Shown one piece after another: positions 1 to 9,712 of a stretch of DNA of 64,000 nucleotides. Position numbers and translations under genes: made by a program. The stretch is from Nitrospiria bacterium (GTDB lineage: Bacteria; Nitrospirota; Nitrospiria; JACQBZ01). Position 1 is the first letter of the stretch. Every line of letters starts with the position of its first letter. The DNA lies in NCBI GenBank assembly GCA_035517655.1, contig DATIYJ010000044.1:4215-68214 (forward strand), written 5' to 3'. Under the pieces are notes generated by a model. It searched no databases. It saw only the letters and a list, made by a program, of their open reading frames with translations, and was not told the DNA's origin.

Positions 1-159
1 AGGGCAGGAGTGAAGCGTCGGATTGTCCCTCTTCGTCCAGAATTTGAAGCCATTCGACATTAAATTGATGGATCCGCCTTCTGGGCATCTCGACCGGCTC
101 CTCCGAATCGAACGAATTGAGGAAACATTTCCTGATTATTATAACATATCCCGTTTTCA

Positions 160-176
160 ACACAAGATCCTTGTGT
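160..176 (+). promoter_or_regulatory. Perfect 7-bp inverted repeat ACACAAG-ATC-CTTGTGT; candidate operator overlapping the promoter of the acyl-CoA operon
   Basis: Palindrome read directly at 160-176. Its right arm abuts the TG of an extended -10. It sits in an AT-richer leader about 50 nt before the thiolase start. Confidence 0.4.
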
Positions 177-184
177 GTTATAAT
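176..184 (+). promoter_or_regulatory. Extended -10 promoter element TGTTATAAT upstream of the thiolase gene
   Basis: TGnTATAAT match at 176-184, about 40 nt upstream of the ATG at 224. Confidence 0.35.
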
Positions 185-223
185 GAAAATCAGATTCCTC
201 TTCCCTGTTCCCCACCGGTGAGG

Positions 224-1450
224 ATGCAGATGACCCGCGGTCGACGCGATTTGCGCAATGATACCGGTCTTCAGGCTCGTCAGGCGGTAATCGTCAGCGC
301 CGTCCGCACGCCGATCGGTCTGCTGAACGGAGCGCTCAGCGCGCTTTCGGCACCGCAACTCGGAAGCCTCGTCATCGCCGAGGCGCTTCGTCGAATCCAG
401 TTGGACCCCGTTTCCGTCGAACAGGTCATCCTGGGCAACGTTCTCTCGGCCGGCCTCGGTCAGGCGCCCGCCCGTCAGGCGGCCCTGGGCGCCGGACTTC
501 CGGAGACGGTCGGCTGCCTGACGATCAACAAGGTCTGCGGATCCGGACTCAAATCCGTCATGCTGGCCCGGCAGGCGATTCAAAACGGCGAAGCCGAAGT
601 GATCGTGGCCGGCGGAATGGAGAGCATGACCAACGCCCCTTACCTGCTTCCCAAGGCCCGGCGGGGATACCGGGCCGGTCATGACGTTCTCATCGACAGC
701 CTGATCAAGGACGGCCTCTGGGACGTCTATAACGACTTTCACATGGGCCAAGGGGCCGAGTTGTGCGCCCGCAAATACCGGATCACCCGCCGGCAGCAGG
801 ACGACTTTGCGATCGGCAGTTACACCAAGGCTCTGGAGGCGCGGAACAAGGGCCGCTTTCGACCGGAAATTCTTCCCGTCGATATTCCACAGAACCGCGG
901 CCCGGCTCACCGCGTCGAGGCGGACGAGGATCTCGACCGGGCCGATTTCAAGAAGCTCCGCGCGCTTTCGCCGGCGTTTCAGAACGACGGCACGGTCACG
1001 GCCGGGAACGCCTCCTCGCTGAGCGACGGCGCGGCGGCCGTGGTCGTGATGTCGGCGCGAAAGGCCCGGCAATTGAAGCTCAAGCCGCTCGCGACGATCG
1101 CCGGCTCGGCGGAGGCCTCGACCGCGCCGGAATGGTTCTCGATCGCTCCGGTCAAGGCGATCCGAACCTTGCTCGACCGGACGGGGGTCCCGATCCGACG
1201 TGTCGACCTTTTTGAAATCCACGAGGCCTTCGCGGCCACGGCGCTGGCCGTGATCCGGGATCTGAAACTTCCGGAAGACAGGGTAAACCTTCGGGGAGGC
1301 GCCATCGCACTGGGCCATCCCATCGGGGCCAGCGGCGCGCGCATTCTCACGACGCTGCTTTATTTGATGAACGACCTGGACCGGCATCGCGGGGTGGCCT
1401 CCCTCTGCATCGGCGGCGGCGAGGCGGTCGCCATGATGGTCGAACGATGA
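224..1450 (+). CDS. Acetyl-CoA C-acetyltransferase (biosynthetic/degradative thiolase)
   Basis: Thiolase hallmark segments are present: VIVSAVRTPIG, NKVCGSGLK, C-terminal GGGEAVAMMVER. The ORF-track start at 23 is an N-terminal over-extension; the start was chosen at the in-frame ATG at 224. Confidence 0.85.
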   Translation: MQMTRGRRDLRNDTGLQARQAVIVSAVRTPIGLLNGALSALSAPQLGSLVIAEALRRIQLDPVSVEQVILGNVLSAGLGQAPARQAALGAGLPETVGCLTINKVCGSGLKSVMLARQAIQNGEAEVIVAGGMESMTNAPYLLPKARRGYRAGHDVLIDSLIKDGLWDVYNDFHMGQGAELCARKYRITRRQQDDFAIGSYTKALEARNKGRFRPEILPVDIPQNRGPAHRVEADEDLDRADFKKLRALSPAFQNDGTVTAGNASSLSDGAAAVVVMSARKARQLKLKPLATIAGSAEASTAPEWFSIAPVKAIRTLLDRTGVPIRRVDLFEIHEAFAATALAVIRDLKLPEDRVNLRGGAIALGHPIGASGARILTTLLYLMNDLDRHRGVASLCIGGGEAVAMMVER

Positions 1451-3045
1451 AATCGGCCGGGCCGAGATTTAAAAACCTTTCCGATCTGGAAATCGATCCG
1501 CTCTACACACCCGCGTCCGTCCGTCGTTCCCGCAAAGACCGGACCGATCCGGGCCTCCCCGGAAAATTTCCATACACGCGCGGAATCTATCCGACGATGT
1601 ACCGGGGAAAGCTCTGGACGATGCGCCAATTCTCCGGCTTCGGGTCGGCGGAGGACACGAACAAGCGGTACCACTACCTGCTCGACCAGGGCACGACCGG
1701 TCTCTCCGTCGCCTTCGACATGCCGACCTTGATGGGATACGATTCGGACCATCCCAAATCCAGGGGCGAGGTCGGTCGCTGCGGCGTCGCGATCGACAGC
1801 CTGGAGGATATGAAGGCCCTGTTCCGGGGAATCCCGCTCGACCGGGTCAGCACCTCGATGACGATCAACGGCCCGGCCGTCGTACTGCTCGCGATGTACG
1901 CCGTCGTCGGGGATGAACAGGGGGTCTCACGGAAAAAGCTTCGCGGCACGCTCCAAAACGACATCCTGAAAGAATACATCGCACAGAAGGAATGGATCTG
2001 TCCGCCGTCGCCGTCGTTGAAACTGATCAACGACACGATTCGCTTCTGCGTCGAATCGATCCCGCAGTTTCACCCGATCAGCATCAGCGGCTACCATATC
2101 CGGGAGGCCGGATCGACCGCCGTCCAGGAACTGGCCTTCACGCTGTACGACGGATTGACCTATGTCCGATCGGCGATGGAGGCGGGACTGAAGATCGACG
2201 ATTTCGCCCCGCGGCTCTCTTTCTTCTTCAATGCGCACAACGATTTCTTTGAAGAGATCGCGAAATTCCGGGCGGCCCGAAGGCTCTGGGCCCGGGAGAT
2301 GAAGCGGCGGTTTCATCCCCGGCGCCCGGCTTCCCTGATGCTTCGCTTCCATGCGCAGACGGCCGGCTGCTCGCTGACGGCCCAGCAACCCTATAATAAT
2401 GTCGTCCGTGTCGCTCTTCAGGCGCTCTCGGCCGTGCTGGGCGGGGCCCAGTCGCTTCATACGAATTCCCTGGATGAGACGCTCGCGCTTCCGTCGGAGG
2501 AGGCCGTCACACTGGCGCTTCGTACACAGCAGATCATCGCCCATGAAAGCGGCGTCGTCAATACCGTCGACCCATTGGGAGGGTCCTATTACATCGAGAC
2601 ACTGACGAACCGGATGGAAGAAGAGGCCGGAAAATATTTTAAACGCCTCGATGCGGTGGGCGGGATGGTGGCCGCGATCGAGCAGGGCTACCCGCAACGC
2701 GAGATCCACCGCGCGGCCGCCCAATATCAGCGCGAGGTGGATGCGGGCGAACGGATCATCGTCGGGGTCAATCGGTTCACGGACGCACACGAAATCCCGA
2801 TTCCGATTTTAAAGATCACGCAGGCGACCGAAGACAAACAGATCCAACGGCTCAAGCGTCGAATGGCCCATCGCTCCCAACGCCGCCTGTCGGCCGCGCT
2901 GGCTCGTCTCACGGGGGCCGCGGAGAAGAACAGCTACCTCATGCCGCACGTCATCGAGGCCGTACGCGCCGAGGCCACCGTCGGCGAGATCTGCGACATC
3001 TTTCGAAACGTTTACGGGGAATACCGCGAAGGAAACGAGTTTTAG
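1447..3045 (+). CDS. B12-dependent acyl-CoA mutase large (catalytic) subunit, MCM family, without a B12 domain; carries the Phe/Gln ICM-type specificity signature
   Basis: Colinear with the MCM alpha subunit: FPYTRGIYPTMYRGKLWTMRQFSGFGSAEDTNKRY, GLSVAFDMPT, GTLQNDILKEYIAQKEWICPP. The start overlaps the thiolase stop by 4 bp. Confidence 0.85.
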   Translation: MKSAGPRFKNLSDLEIDPLYTPASVRRSRKDRTDPGLPGKFPYTRGIYPTMYRGKLWTMRQFSGFGSAEDTNKRYHYLLDQGTTGLSVAFDMPTLMGYDSDHPKSRGEVGRCGVAIDSLEDMKALFRGIPLDRVSTSMTINGPAVVLLAMYAVVGDEQGVSRKKLRGTLQNDILKEYIAQKEWICPPSPSLKLINDTIRFCVESIPQFHPISISGYHIREAGSTAVQELAFTLYDGLTYVRSAMEAGLKIDDFAPRLSFFFNAHNDFFEEIAKFRAARRLWAREMKRRFHPRRPASLMLRFHAQTAGCSLTAQQPYNNVVRVALQALSAVLGGAQSLHTNSLDETLALPSEEAVTLALRTQQIIAHESGVVNTVDPLGGSYYIETLTNRMEEEAGKYFKRLDAVGGMVAAIEQGYPQREIHRAAAQYQREVDAGERIIVGVNRFTDAHEIPIPILKITQATEDKQIQRLKRRMAHRSQRRLSAALARLTGAAEKNSYLMPHVIEAVRAEATVGEICDIFRNVYGEYREGNEF

Positions 3046-3062
3046 AGGATAGATCGCATCCC

Positions 3063-3911
3063 ATGCGTATTGGTCCGATCGAAATCCATGCGCTGACCGA
3101 CGGCCTGTTTCGCCTCGACGGCGGGGCGATGTTCGGGATCGTCCCCCGACCGCTCTGGGAGAAGACCAACCCGCCGGACGACCGTAATCGAATCCGGATG
3201 AATCTCGGCGTGCTTCTGATTCGGGCCCACGGAAAAAATATTCTGGTCGACACCGGCGCCGGGGGGAAGTTGGACCCCAAGTGGCGGGAGATTTACGCGC
3301 TCGAGCGCAAACCGGGCCTGGAAGAATCGCTCGCGAAGCTTCGACTGACGCCGACCGACATCGACATCGTCATCAACACCCATCTCCATTTTGATCACGC
3401 GGGCGGAAACACCTTCCGCAACCTTCAAGGACAGATCGTCCCGACCTTTCCAAAAGCCCGGTACTTCGTCCAGAAGGGCGAATGGGACTGGGCCCATACG
3501 AAACATGAACGCACGCAGTTCGCCTACCTCCAAGACGACTTCTCCCCGCTCGAGCGGAGCGGCCGATTGACCCTATTAAACGGCGATGAGGAGATCTTAA
3601 AAGGCGTCCGTGTTCTTGTAACGCCGGGCCATACGGAGCATCATCAATGCGCCCTGGTCGAGTCGGAGGGCCGCAAGGCGATCTTCCTCGCCGACCTGAT
3701 TCCGTTGGTGGCCCATCTCCCCTATCCTTATATCATGGGATATGATCTCTTTCCGCTCAAGACGCTTGAGACCAAGAAAAAGATCCTCCGGCAGGCCTAT
3801 GAGGAGCATTGGCTTTTGATTTTCCAGCACGACCCCGACACGGAGATGGGGTATCTGAAGAAAACCGAGGACCGGTTTACGCTGGAGGCGGTTCATGACC
3901 CCGCGGCATAA
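3063..3911 (+). CDS. MBL-fold metallo-hydrolase (glyoxalase-II-like THxHxDHxGG motif)
   Basis: Motif [12 protein letters not shown] plus a downstream HTEHH. It is embedded between the mutase large and small subunit genes and overlaps the next gene by 17 bp. Confidence 0.7.
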   Translation: MRIGPIEIHALTDGLFRLDGGAMFGIVPRPLWEKTNPPDDRNRIRMNLGVLLIRAHGKNILVDTGAGGKLDPKWREIYALERKPGLEESLAKLRLTPTDIDIVINTHLHFDHAGGNTFRNLQGQIVPTFPKARYFVQKGEWDWAHTKHERTQFAYLQDDFSPLERSGRLTLLNGDEEILKGVRVLVTPGHTEHHQCALVESEGRKAIFLADLIPLVAHLPYPYIMGYDLFPLKTLETKKKILRQAYEEHWLLIFQHDPDTEMGYLKKTEDRFTLEAVHDPAA

Positions 3912-4338
3912 AAAAGCGGCCGGAGCGGGCCGCCCGCAACGGGTGCTGATCGCGAAGATCGGTCTGGACGGCCATGACCGGGGCGTCAAGATCGTGGCCA
4001 AGGCGCTTCGCGACGCCGGCGTCGAGGTGATCTATCTGGGGCTTCACAACACGCCGGAGGAGATCGTCCGGTCGGCCGTTCAGGAAGACGTCGACGCGAT
4101 CGGGCTGTCGATCCTGTCGGCCGCGCATATGACCCTTTTCGAAGAAGTCATGCAGCTTCTCCGAAAAGAGAAGGCGTCCGACATCGCGGTCTTCGGGGGC
4201 GGGATTATCCCGAGCGACGACATTCCGGCCTTAAAGAAGCTGGGCGTCCGGGCCGTCTTCACACCCGGAACGCCGATGGAGGAAATCGTCGCGTTTGTTA
4301 AAGAGGAGATCAAACCGCATGCCGTTCTCAAAAAATAA
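3895..4338 (+). CDS. Acyl-CoA mutase small subunit (cobalamin-binding domain protein)
   Basis: B12-binding Rossmann domain with the DxHxxG motif ([16 protein letters not shown]). 147 aa, overall similarity to the MCM C-terminal domain. Confidence 0.8.
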   Translation: MTPRHKKAAGAGRPQRVLIAKIGLDGHDRGVKIVAKALRDAGVEVIYLGLHNTPEEIVRSAVQEDVDAIGLSILSAAHMTLFEEVMQLLRKEKASDIAVFGGGIIPSDDIPALKKLGVRAVFTPGTPMEEIVAFVKEEIKPHAVLKK

Positions 4339-5620
4339 CGGCCGGGTCTACATGATCGCCGGAGGAATCACGCCGTTCAAGAAGCGCTACGACGACAAAG
4401 ACTTCCGGCTGATGGTGAAGCAGGCCTACGACATGGCGCTGGCCGAGGCGCCCCGTCTCACGCCGGACCGCATCGACGGCGCGGTCGGCTCCTACTTCTC
4501 GGACCATTTCACCCGCCAGCTCAAGGCCGCTAGCATGGTCCAGGATTATCTCGGCCTATGTCCCAAGCCGTCCAAGCGGATCGAGGGCGGGGGCGCGACC
4601 GGCGGGCTCTGCCTTCAGTCGGCCTGGGAAGCGGTCGCCTCCGGCCGGATGTCGGTCTGCGCGGCGTTCGGCTTCGAGACAATGTCCCGCGTGAACACCT
4701 GGAAGGGCAACGAATTCATCGCGCTGGCCTCGGATACCAACTTCGATTTTCCGGTCGGCGGGTTTTATAGCGGCTACTACGCGATGATGGTGCGCCGGCA
4801 TATGCACGAGTTCGGCACCACGCCCGAGCAGATGGCATTGGTCTCGGTGAAGAACCACGCCAACGCCCTTTACAACCCGTTTGCACAAAAACCGCTTCGG
4901 CTCACGGTCGAGGCGGTCCGCTCCTCTCCGATGGTGGCCGATCCGCTCACGATGCTGGACATCTGTACGATGTCGGACGGGGCCGCCGTCTGCATCCTGG
5001 CCAATGAAGAAGCCGCCGAGCGCTTCGGGCGCGCTCCGATCGCGATCACGGGGGTCGGCTCCGGTTCGGATATGATGCGGATGGCCGACCGGCCGCACGG
5101 GAAGGTGCCGCTTCTGCCGCACGAACGCGCCGGCGACTATCGACGTCTCAAATATCCCGGCGTCCATTCCTTCCGCGGCGGTCGGATGGCGGCCAAGCTG
5201 GCGTACGGGATGGCCGGCATCATCCGTCCGTTGGATGAGCTCGACTTTATCGAGCTCCATGACGCTTACACCTCTTCCGAGATCCAGACCTATGAAGACC
5301 TCGGTCTCTGCAAATACGGAGAGGGTGGGAAGTTTGTGGAAGAGGGACATCCCTTTCTGTCCAACGTCGACTACGGAATGAAACTCAAGAGCCCCGGAAC
5401 TTTGCCGGTCAATCCATCGGGAGGCCTGCTGGCCTGCGGCCATCCCGTCGGGGCGACGGGTCTCATGCAGGCGGTCTTCGCCTACTGGCAGCTCCAAGGC
5501 TCAATCAAAAAACAGATGGGAAGCGCCAAGCTGCAGGTGAAGGGCGCAAAGCGGGGGCTCATCCACAGCCACGCCGGCACCGGCACCTATATTACCGTCA
5601 CGATCATGGAGAAGCCGTAA
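4319..5620 (+). CDS. Thiolase-domain protein, SCP-x type (non-canonical thiolase that pairs with a DUF35 protein)
   Basis: Thiolase fold without the canonical biosynthetic motifs. A GAGGAG RBS lies 10 nt upstream of the ATG at 4319. A DUF35 gene follows downstream. Confidence 0.75.
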   Translation: MPFSKNNGRVYMIAGGITPFKKRYDDKDFRLMVKQAYDMALAEAPRLTPDRIDGAVGSYFSDHFTRQLKAASMVQDYLGLCPKPSKRIEGGGATGGLCLQSAWEAVASGRMSVCAAFGFETMSRVNTWKGNEFIALASDTNFDFPVGGFYSGYYAMMVRRHMHEFGTTPEQMALVSVKNHANALYNPFAQKPLRLTVEAVRSSPMVADPLTMLDICTMSDGAAVCILANEEAAERFGRAPIAITGVGSGSDMMRMADRPHGKVPLLPHERAGDYRRLKYPGVHSFRGGRMAAKLAYGMAGIIRPLDELDFIELHDAYTSSEIQTYEDLGLCKYGEGGKFVEEGHPFLSNVDYGMKLKSPGTLPVNPSGGLLACGHPVGATGLMQAVFAYWQLQGSIKKQMGSAKLQVKGAKRGLIHSHAGTGTYITVTIMEKP

Positions 5621-5937
5621 ATATGCATCGGCGGGTGGCCGCAGGCGGGGCGCCCCATCCGACCGCAACGGAAAGGCCAAGGAGTATTTCGTATGGATCC
5701 CCTGCAACATTAGGAAGCACGTTGAGTGAGGACGGATGGGGCTGCCGGAGGACAGGAACCGCGGATGAGATGGACGGGGTATTGAGTGTACGCGCGTCGG
5801 TTAAACGCCGTTTGGCACCGAGCCTTAGCCGGATTCCCCCAAACGTAAGCCGAGGCGCCGCTTGGGCCCGATGCCGAACAGCAACGCAGAACGGGCATTA
5901 CGAATCGGCCATGGTTTGAATTAACCGAGGTCACACT

Positions 5938-6420
5938 ATGCCAAGAAAGATCAGAAACGGAACGGTCGTATACAATCTCGATCCGCTTATCGTCAAGGAC
6001 CATTATGAGATTGATTACCGCCACTCCTACGCCCAGGACTCCCCGTTCTTCGCGGGCCTGGCGAAAGGACGGTTGCTTGGAAGCTTCTGTTCGAAATGCC
6101 GCTACACCTACGCCACGCCGCGGTCGCACTGTTGCCAATGCGGCCGCGCCACCGAATGGCGCGAGCTGCCGCGGGACGGACGGATCCATACCTACACCGT
6201 CTGCCATTACGGCGGCGAAGCCTTCCTGGATGAGACGCCCTTCACGCTGGTGCTGGTCGAGTTCAAAGGCGCGGACACCCTGTTCCTCTCCCGGCTGGTC
6301 GGCGCAAAAGCGGAGGAAGTCCGGATCGGTATGGAGGTGACCGCCCGCTTTGCGCCGACGCCGTCCTTTCGGGTCACGGACGTCTGGTTTGAGCCAAAGC
6401 TTAAAAAAAGTAAGACGTAA
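5938..6420 (+). CDS. DUF35 zinc-ribbon/OB-fold protein (partner of SCP-x thiolases)
   Basis: Rubredoxin-like CSKC...CCQC zinc ribbon followed by an OB-fold region. GAGGT RBS present. Adjacent to the SCP-x thiolase. Confidence 0.75.
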   Translation: MPRKIRNGTVVYNLDPLIVKDHYEIDYRHSYAQDSPFFAGLAKGRLLGSFCSKCRYTYATPRSHCCQCGRATEWRELPRDGRIHTYTVCHYGGEAFLDETPFTLVLVEFKGADTLFLSRLVGAKAEEVRIGMEVTARFAPTPSFRVTDVWFEPKLKKSKT

Positions 6421-6438
6421 GGCGTGAGGAGTAAGTAG

Positions 6439-8373
6439 ATGAAGGACATCCTCTGGCGGCCCACCGAAGAACTCATTCGTTCCTCCAACGTGCACCGCTT
6501 CATGGAACGGCACGGCATTAAAACCTACGAAGACCTGATCGCCCGATCCACCGATGACATCGAATGGTTCTGGGACGCCGCCATGCAGGATCTCGGCATC
6601 TCCTGGTATCGGCCGTATGAGAAGGTTCTGGATACCTCGGCCGGCATCCCCTGGGCCCGGTGGTTTGTGGGCGGAAGGACCAACATCGTTTATAACTGTC
6701 TTGACCGCCATCTCCCCGCCCGATCGAACAAGACGGCGCTCCTCTGGCAAGGCGAGGACGGCGCCGTCCGGGAAATGAGCTACGGAGAACTTGATCGCGA
6801 GGTCGGCCGTCTGGCCAACGCGCTGAAGGACTTGGGCCTTCAGAAAAGAGACACCGTCGGACTTTACATGCCGATGTGTCCCGAGATGGTGGCGGCTTTC
6901 TACGCCGGTCTCAAGATCGGCGCGGTCGTGATCCCGATCTTCTCCGGCTTTGCCGCAGCGCCGCTGGCTTCCCGTTTGGCCCATGCCGGCGCCAAAGTTC
7001 TCATCACGGCGGACGCCTCCCTCCGACGGGGAAAGGTCCATCCCGTCAAGCCGGAGGCCGATGCGGCGGCCGCCCGCTGTCCCGGCCTTAAACATCTTAT
7101 TGTCGTCAACCATCTTGGGACCGAAATCCCGTGGAATCCGGACCGCGATCTCTGGTATCACGAACTCATTTCCAAGCGCTCCGAGACCTGCGCCACGGAG
7201 TCCCTGGATTCGGAAGACACCGCGCTGATTCTTTATACCTCCGGAACGACGGGTCAACCGAAAGGCTCGGTGCATACCCATGGGGGCTGTCTGGCCCAGA
7301 TGGGAAAGGAGCTGGGCTACCCCTTCGATTTGAAGCCGGAGGACCGGTTTTTCTGGCTGACGGACATCGGCTGGATGATGGGCCCATGGATGATCATCGG
7401 GGTGCATCTCTTCGGTGGAACGATCCTGATCACCGAGGGGGCCCCCAACCACCCAAAACCCGACCGACTCTGGGAGATCATCGAACGGCATCGGGTTACG
7501 ATCTTCGGAATCTCCCCGACCGCGGTCCGGATGCTGATGCGGGCCGGAGACGCCTGGGTGGAACAGCATGATTTATCTTCGCTTCGGATCCTGGGCTCGA
7601 CCGGCGAGCCCTGGGACGCCGAAAGCTACTCGTGGTTTTTTCACAAAGCGGGTGGAGGACGGATCCCGATCATCAATATCTCGGGAGGGACCGAGATCGT
7701 CGGCTGTTTTCTCGCCCCCCTTCCGATCATACCGCTGAAGGCCTGCACCCTCGGCGGGCCGGGTCTCGGAATGGACGTGGACGTGTTTGACGATCAAGGA
7801 AAGCCCGTGCGAGGACAGAGGGGTCATCTGGTCTGCAAGAAGCCAGCGCCCTCCATGACGCGAGGGTTTTGGATGGATCCGGACCGTTACCTCGAAACCT
7901 ACTGGTCCCGGTGGCCCGACATCTGGTTCCACGGCGACTGGGCCTACGTCGACCCGGACGGCTACTGGTTTCTCGAAGGACGATCCGACGACACCATCAA
8001 AGTAGCCGGCCGCCGGACCGGGCCGGCCGAGATCGAAGAGGCCTTGATCGCCCATCCGGCCGTCTCCGAGGCCGCGGCCATCGGCGCGCCGGACCCGATC
8101 AAAGGCGAAGAGGTGGTCGGCTTCGTCGTGCTCAAGCCGGGGCACGTCCCCGATGAAATTCTGAGGGAGGAATTGGAAGCGCAGGTGGTCCGCGCGCTCG
8201 GGAAGACGCTGCGGCCGAAAGAGATCCGCTTCGTCACGGACCTCCCCAAGACCCGATCGGCCAAGATCGTCCGACGGGTGATTCGAGCGAAATATCTGGG
8301 CCAGACCGACCTGGGCGACCTTTCGTCGATCGAGAACCCCCAGGCCATCGAGGAAATCGGCCGGGCGCGCTGA
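6439..8373 (+). CDS. AMP-forming acyl-CoA synthetase (Acs/PrpE-like short-chain acid:CoA ligase)
   Basis: AMP-binding signature YTSGTTGQPKG. ACS-type N-terminus (WRPTEE...HRFMERHGI). 644 aa. Confidence 0.85.
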   Translation: MKDILWRPTEELIRSSNVHRFMERHGIKTYEDLIARSTDDIEWFWDAAMQDLGISWYRPYEKVLDTSAGIPWARWFVGGRTNIVYNCLDRHLPARSNKTALLWQGEDGAVREMSYGELDREVGRLANALKDLGLQKRDTVGLYMPMCPEMVAAFYAGLKIGAVVIPIFSGFAAAPLASRLAHAGAKVLITADASLRRGKVHPVKPEADAAAARCPGLKHLIVVNHLGTEIPWNPDRDLWYHELISKRSETCATESLDSEDTALILYTSGTTGQPKGSVHTHGGCLAQMGKELGYPFDLKPEDRFFWLTDIGWMMGPWMIIGVHLFGGTILITEGAPNHPKPDRLWEIIERHRVTIFGISPTAVRMLMRAGDAWVEQHDLSSLRILGSTGEPWDAESYSWFFHKAGGGRIPIINISGGTEIVGCFLAPLPIIPLKACTLGGPGLGMDVDVFDDQGKPVRGQRGHLVCKKPAPSMTRGFWMDPDRYLETYWSRWPDIWFHGDWAYVDPDGYWFLEGRSDDTIKVAGRRTGPAEIEEALIAHPAVSEAAAIGAPDPIKGEEVVGFVVLKPGHVPDEILREELEAQVVRALGKTLRPKEIRFVTDLPKTRSAKIVRRVIRAKYLGQTDLGDLSSIENPQAIEEIGRAR

Positions 8374-8385
8374 TGCGACGGGCAT

Positions 8386-8414
8386 TTGGCTGGCGGTCCG
8401 AAATACATTATAAT
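8386..8414 (+). promoter_or_regulatory. Candidate internal sigma70 promoter TTGGCT-N17-TATAAT upstream of the acyl-CoA dehydrogenase gene
   Basis: Hexamers read directly: -35 at 8386-8391, -10 at 8409-8414, spacer 17 nt. Confidence 0.3.
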
Positions 8415-8432
8415 CAATAGCAAGAGGGATTC

Positions 8433-9590
8433 GTGATCGACTTCGACCTCACAAACGAGCAGACGCGGCTGAAGCAGACGGCCCGCGAGTTCGCCGAGTC
8501 CGAGATCGCGCCCGGGGTTGCCGAACGGGATCGGGACAGCCGCTTTCCCTGGGAACTCGTCCCCAAGCTGGCCCAAATGAAATTTCTGGGAATCATGGCC
8601 CCGAAAGAATACGGCGGCGCGGGACTGGACAGCCTGAGCGCAGCCATCATCGTTGAAGAGATCGCGCGGGTCGACGGATCCACCGCACTGACCGTGGCTT
8701 CCCACAACGCCCTCAGCGTCCGCCACATCCACCGGTTTGGAAGCGAGGCTCAACGAAAACGCCACGTCACGCGGCTGGCCTCCGGCGAAGTCCTGGGCGC
8801 TTGGGCGCTGACCGAGCCCCACGCCGGCTCGGATGCCTCCGCGCTCGAAACCACGGCGCGGCTTGAGGGCGATCATTGGATCTTGAACGGTCAAAAAATG
8901 TTCATCACGCAGGGTACCGTCGCCGGCATCTATATTATCATGGCCTCGACCGACCGGACGCTTGGTACCAAAGGAATCTCGGCCTTTGTGGTCGAGAAGG
9001 GAACGCCGGGTCTGACCCCGGGTCAACCCACGAACCGCTTCGGCGTCCGGGCGTCGGACACCGCGCCCCTGACCTTGGAGAACGTAAAAATCCCGAAAGA
9101 GAATCTCATCGGCAACCTCCACGAAGGCTACGACCAGGCCATGGAAATGTTGAACGGCGGACGGATCGGGATCGGCGCGATGGCGGTCGGGCTGGCCCGG
9201 GCCGCGCTGGAGGCGGCCGTGCGCTACGCGCATCAGCGCGTCCAGTTCGGAAAACCGATCGCCCAGCACGAGGGGATTCAGTTCATGCTGGCCGATATGG
9301 GCACCGAGCTTCAGGCGGCCCGTTTTCTCGTCTATCACGCCGCCTGTCTAAAGGATAAGGACCGATCGTATCGCAAGGAAGCCTCGATGGCCAAGTTGTA
9401 CGCATCGGAAATGGCGATGCGCGCCACGAACAAAGCGATGCAGATTCACGGCGGCTACGGCTTTTTAAAGGACAATCCGGTCGAACGTTACCTCCGCGAC
9501 GCCAAGCTGTGCGAGATCGGCGAGGGAACGTCCGAGATCCAGCGGCTGATCATCGCGAAGGAGTTGCTGAAAGGGAAGGAACTGCCTTGA
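8433..9590 (+). CDS. Acyl-CoA dehydrogenase (short-chain / butyryl-CoA dehydrogenase-like)
   Basis: ACAD family over the full length ([25 protein letters not shown]-terminal QIHGGYGF...[20 protein letters not shown]). 385 aa with a GTG start. Confidence 0.85.
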   Translation: MIDFDLTNEQTRLKQTAREFAESEIAPGVAERDRDSRFPWELVPKLAQMKFLGIMAPKEYGGAGLDSLSAAIIVEEIARVDGSTALTVASHNALSVRHIHRFGSEAQRKRHVTRLASGEVLGAWALTEPHAGSDASALETTARLEGDHWILNGQKMFITQGTVAGIYIIMASTDRTLGTKGISAFVVEKGTPGLTPGQPTNRFGVRASDTAPLTLENVKIPKENLIGNLHEGYDQAMEMLNGGRIGIGAMAVGLARAALEAAVRYAHQRVQFGKPIAQHEGIQFMLADMGTELQAARFLVYHAACLKDKDRSYRKEASMAKLYASEMAMRATNKAMQIHGGYGFLKDNPVERYLRDAKLCEIGEGTSEIQRLIIAKELLKGKELP

Positions 9591-9712
9591 GGCTGGAGAA
9601 CCAAACGGTTGCATCATCGGAGAGTTCGGTGGTCCCTGAAGGCCAGTTCCACGGAGCCTCCTTAGCGACCGCGACAACCCGGAATGGCACCGTCATATAG
9701 CCGCAAGGCGCC

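Noticed and set aside
23-223. N-terminal 67-codon extension of the thiolase ORF
   Set aside because: It contains the promoter-like and palindrome elements. It has no similarity to thiolase N-termini. An in-frame ATG at 224 gives a canonical start.
5623-5919. 98-aa ORF filling the thiolase/DUF35 spacer
   Set aside because: Composition looks non-coding and there is no RBS. It is kept as a finding, not a feature.
1-5937. Cobalamin riboswitch upstream of or within the B12-dependent mutase operon
   Set aside because: No B12-box-like (GCCACTG-type) conserved core was seen in the leader or intergenic regions.
5710-7569. 619-aa ORF on the - strand
   Set aside because: Antisense to the well-supported DUF35 and acyl-CoA synthetase genes. 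Arg/Gly/Pro-rich composition is typical of GC-rich antisense frames.
7962-9338. 458-aa ORF on the - strand
   Set aside because: Antisense to acs and acd. No recognisable domains; low-complexity composition.
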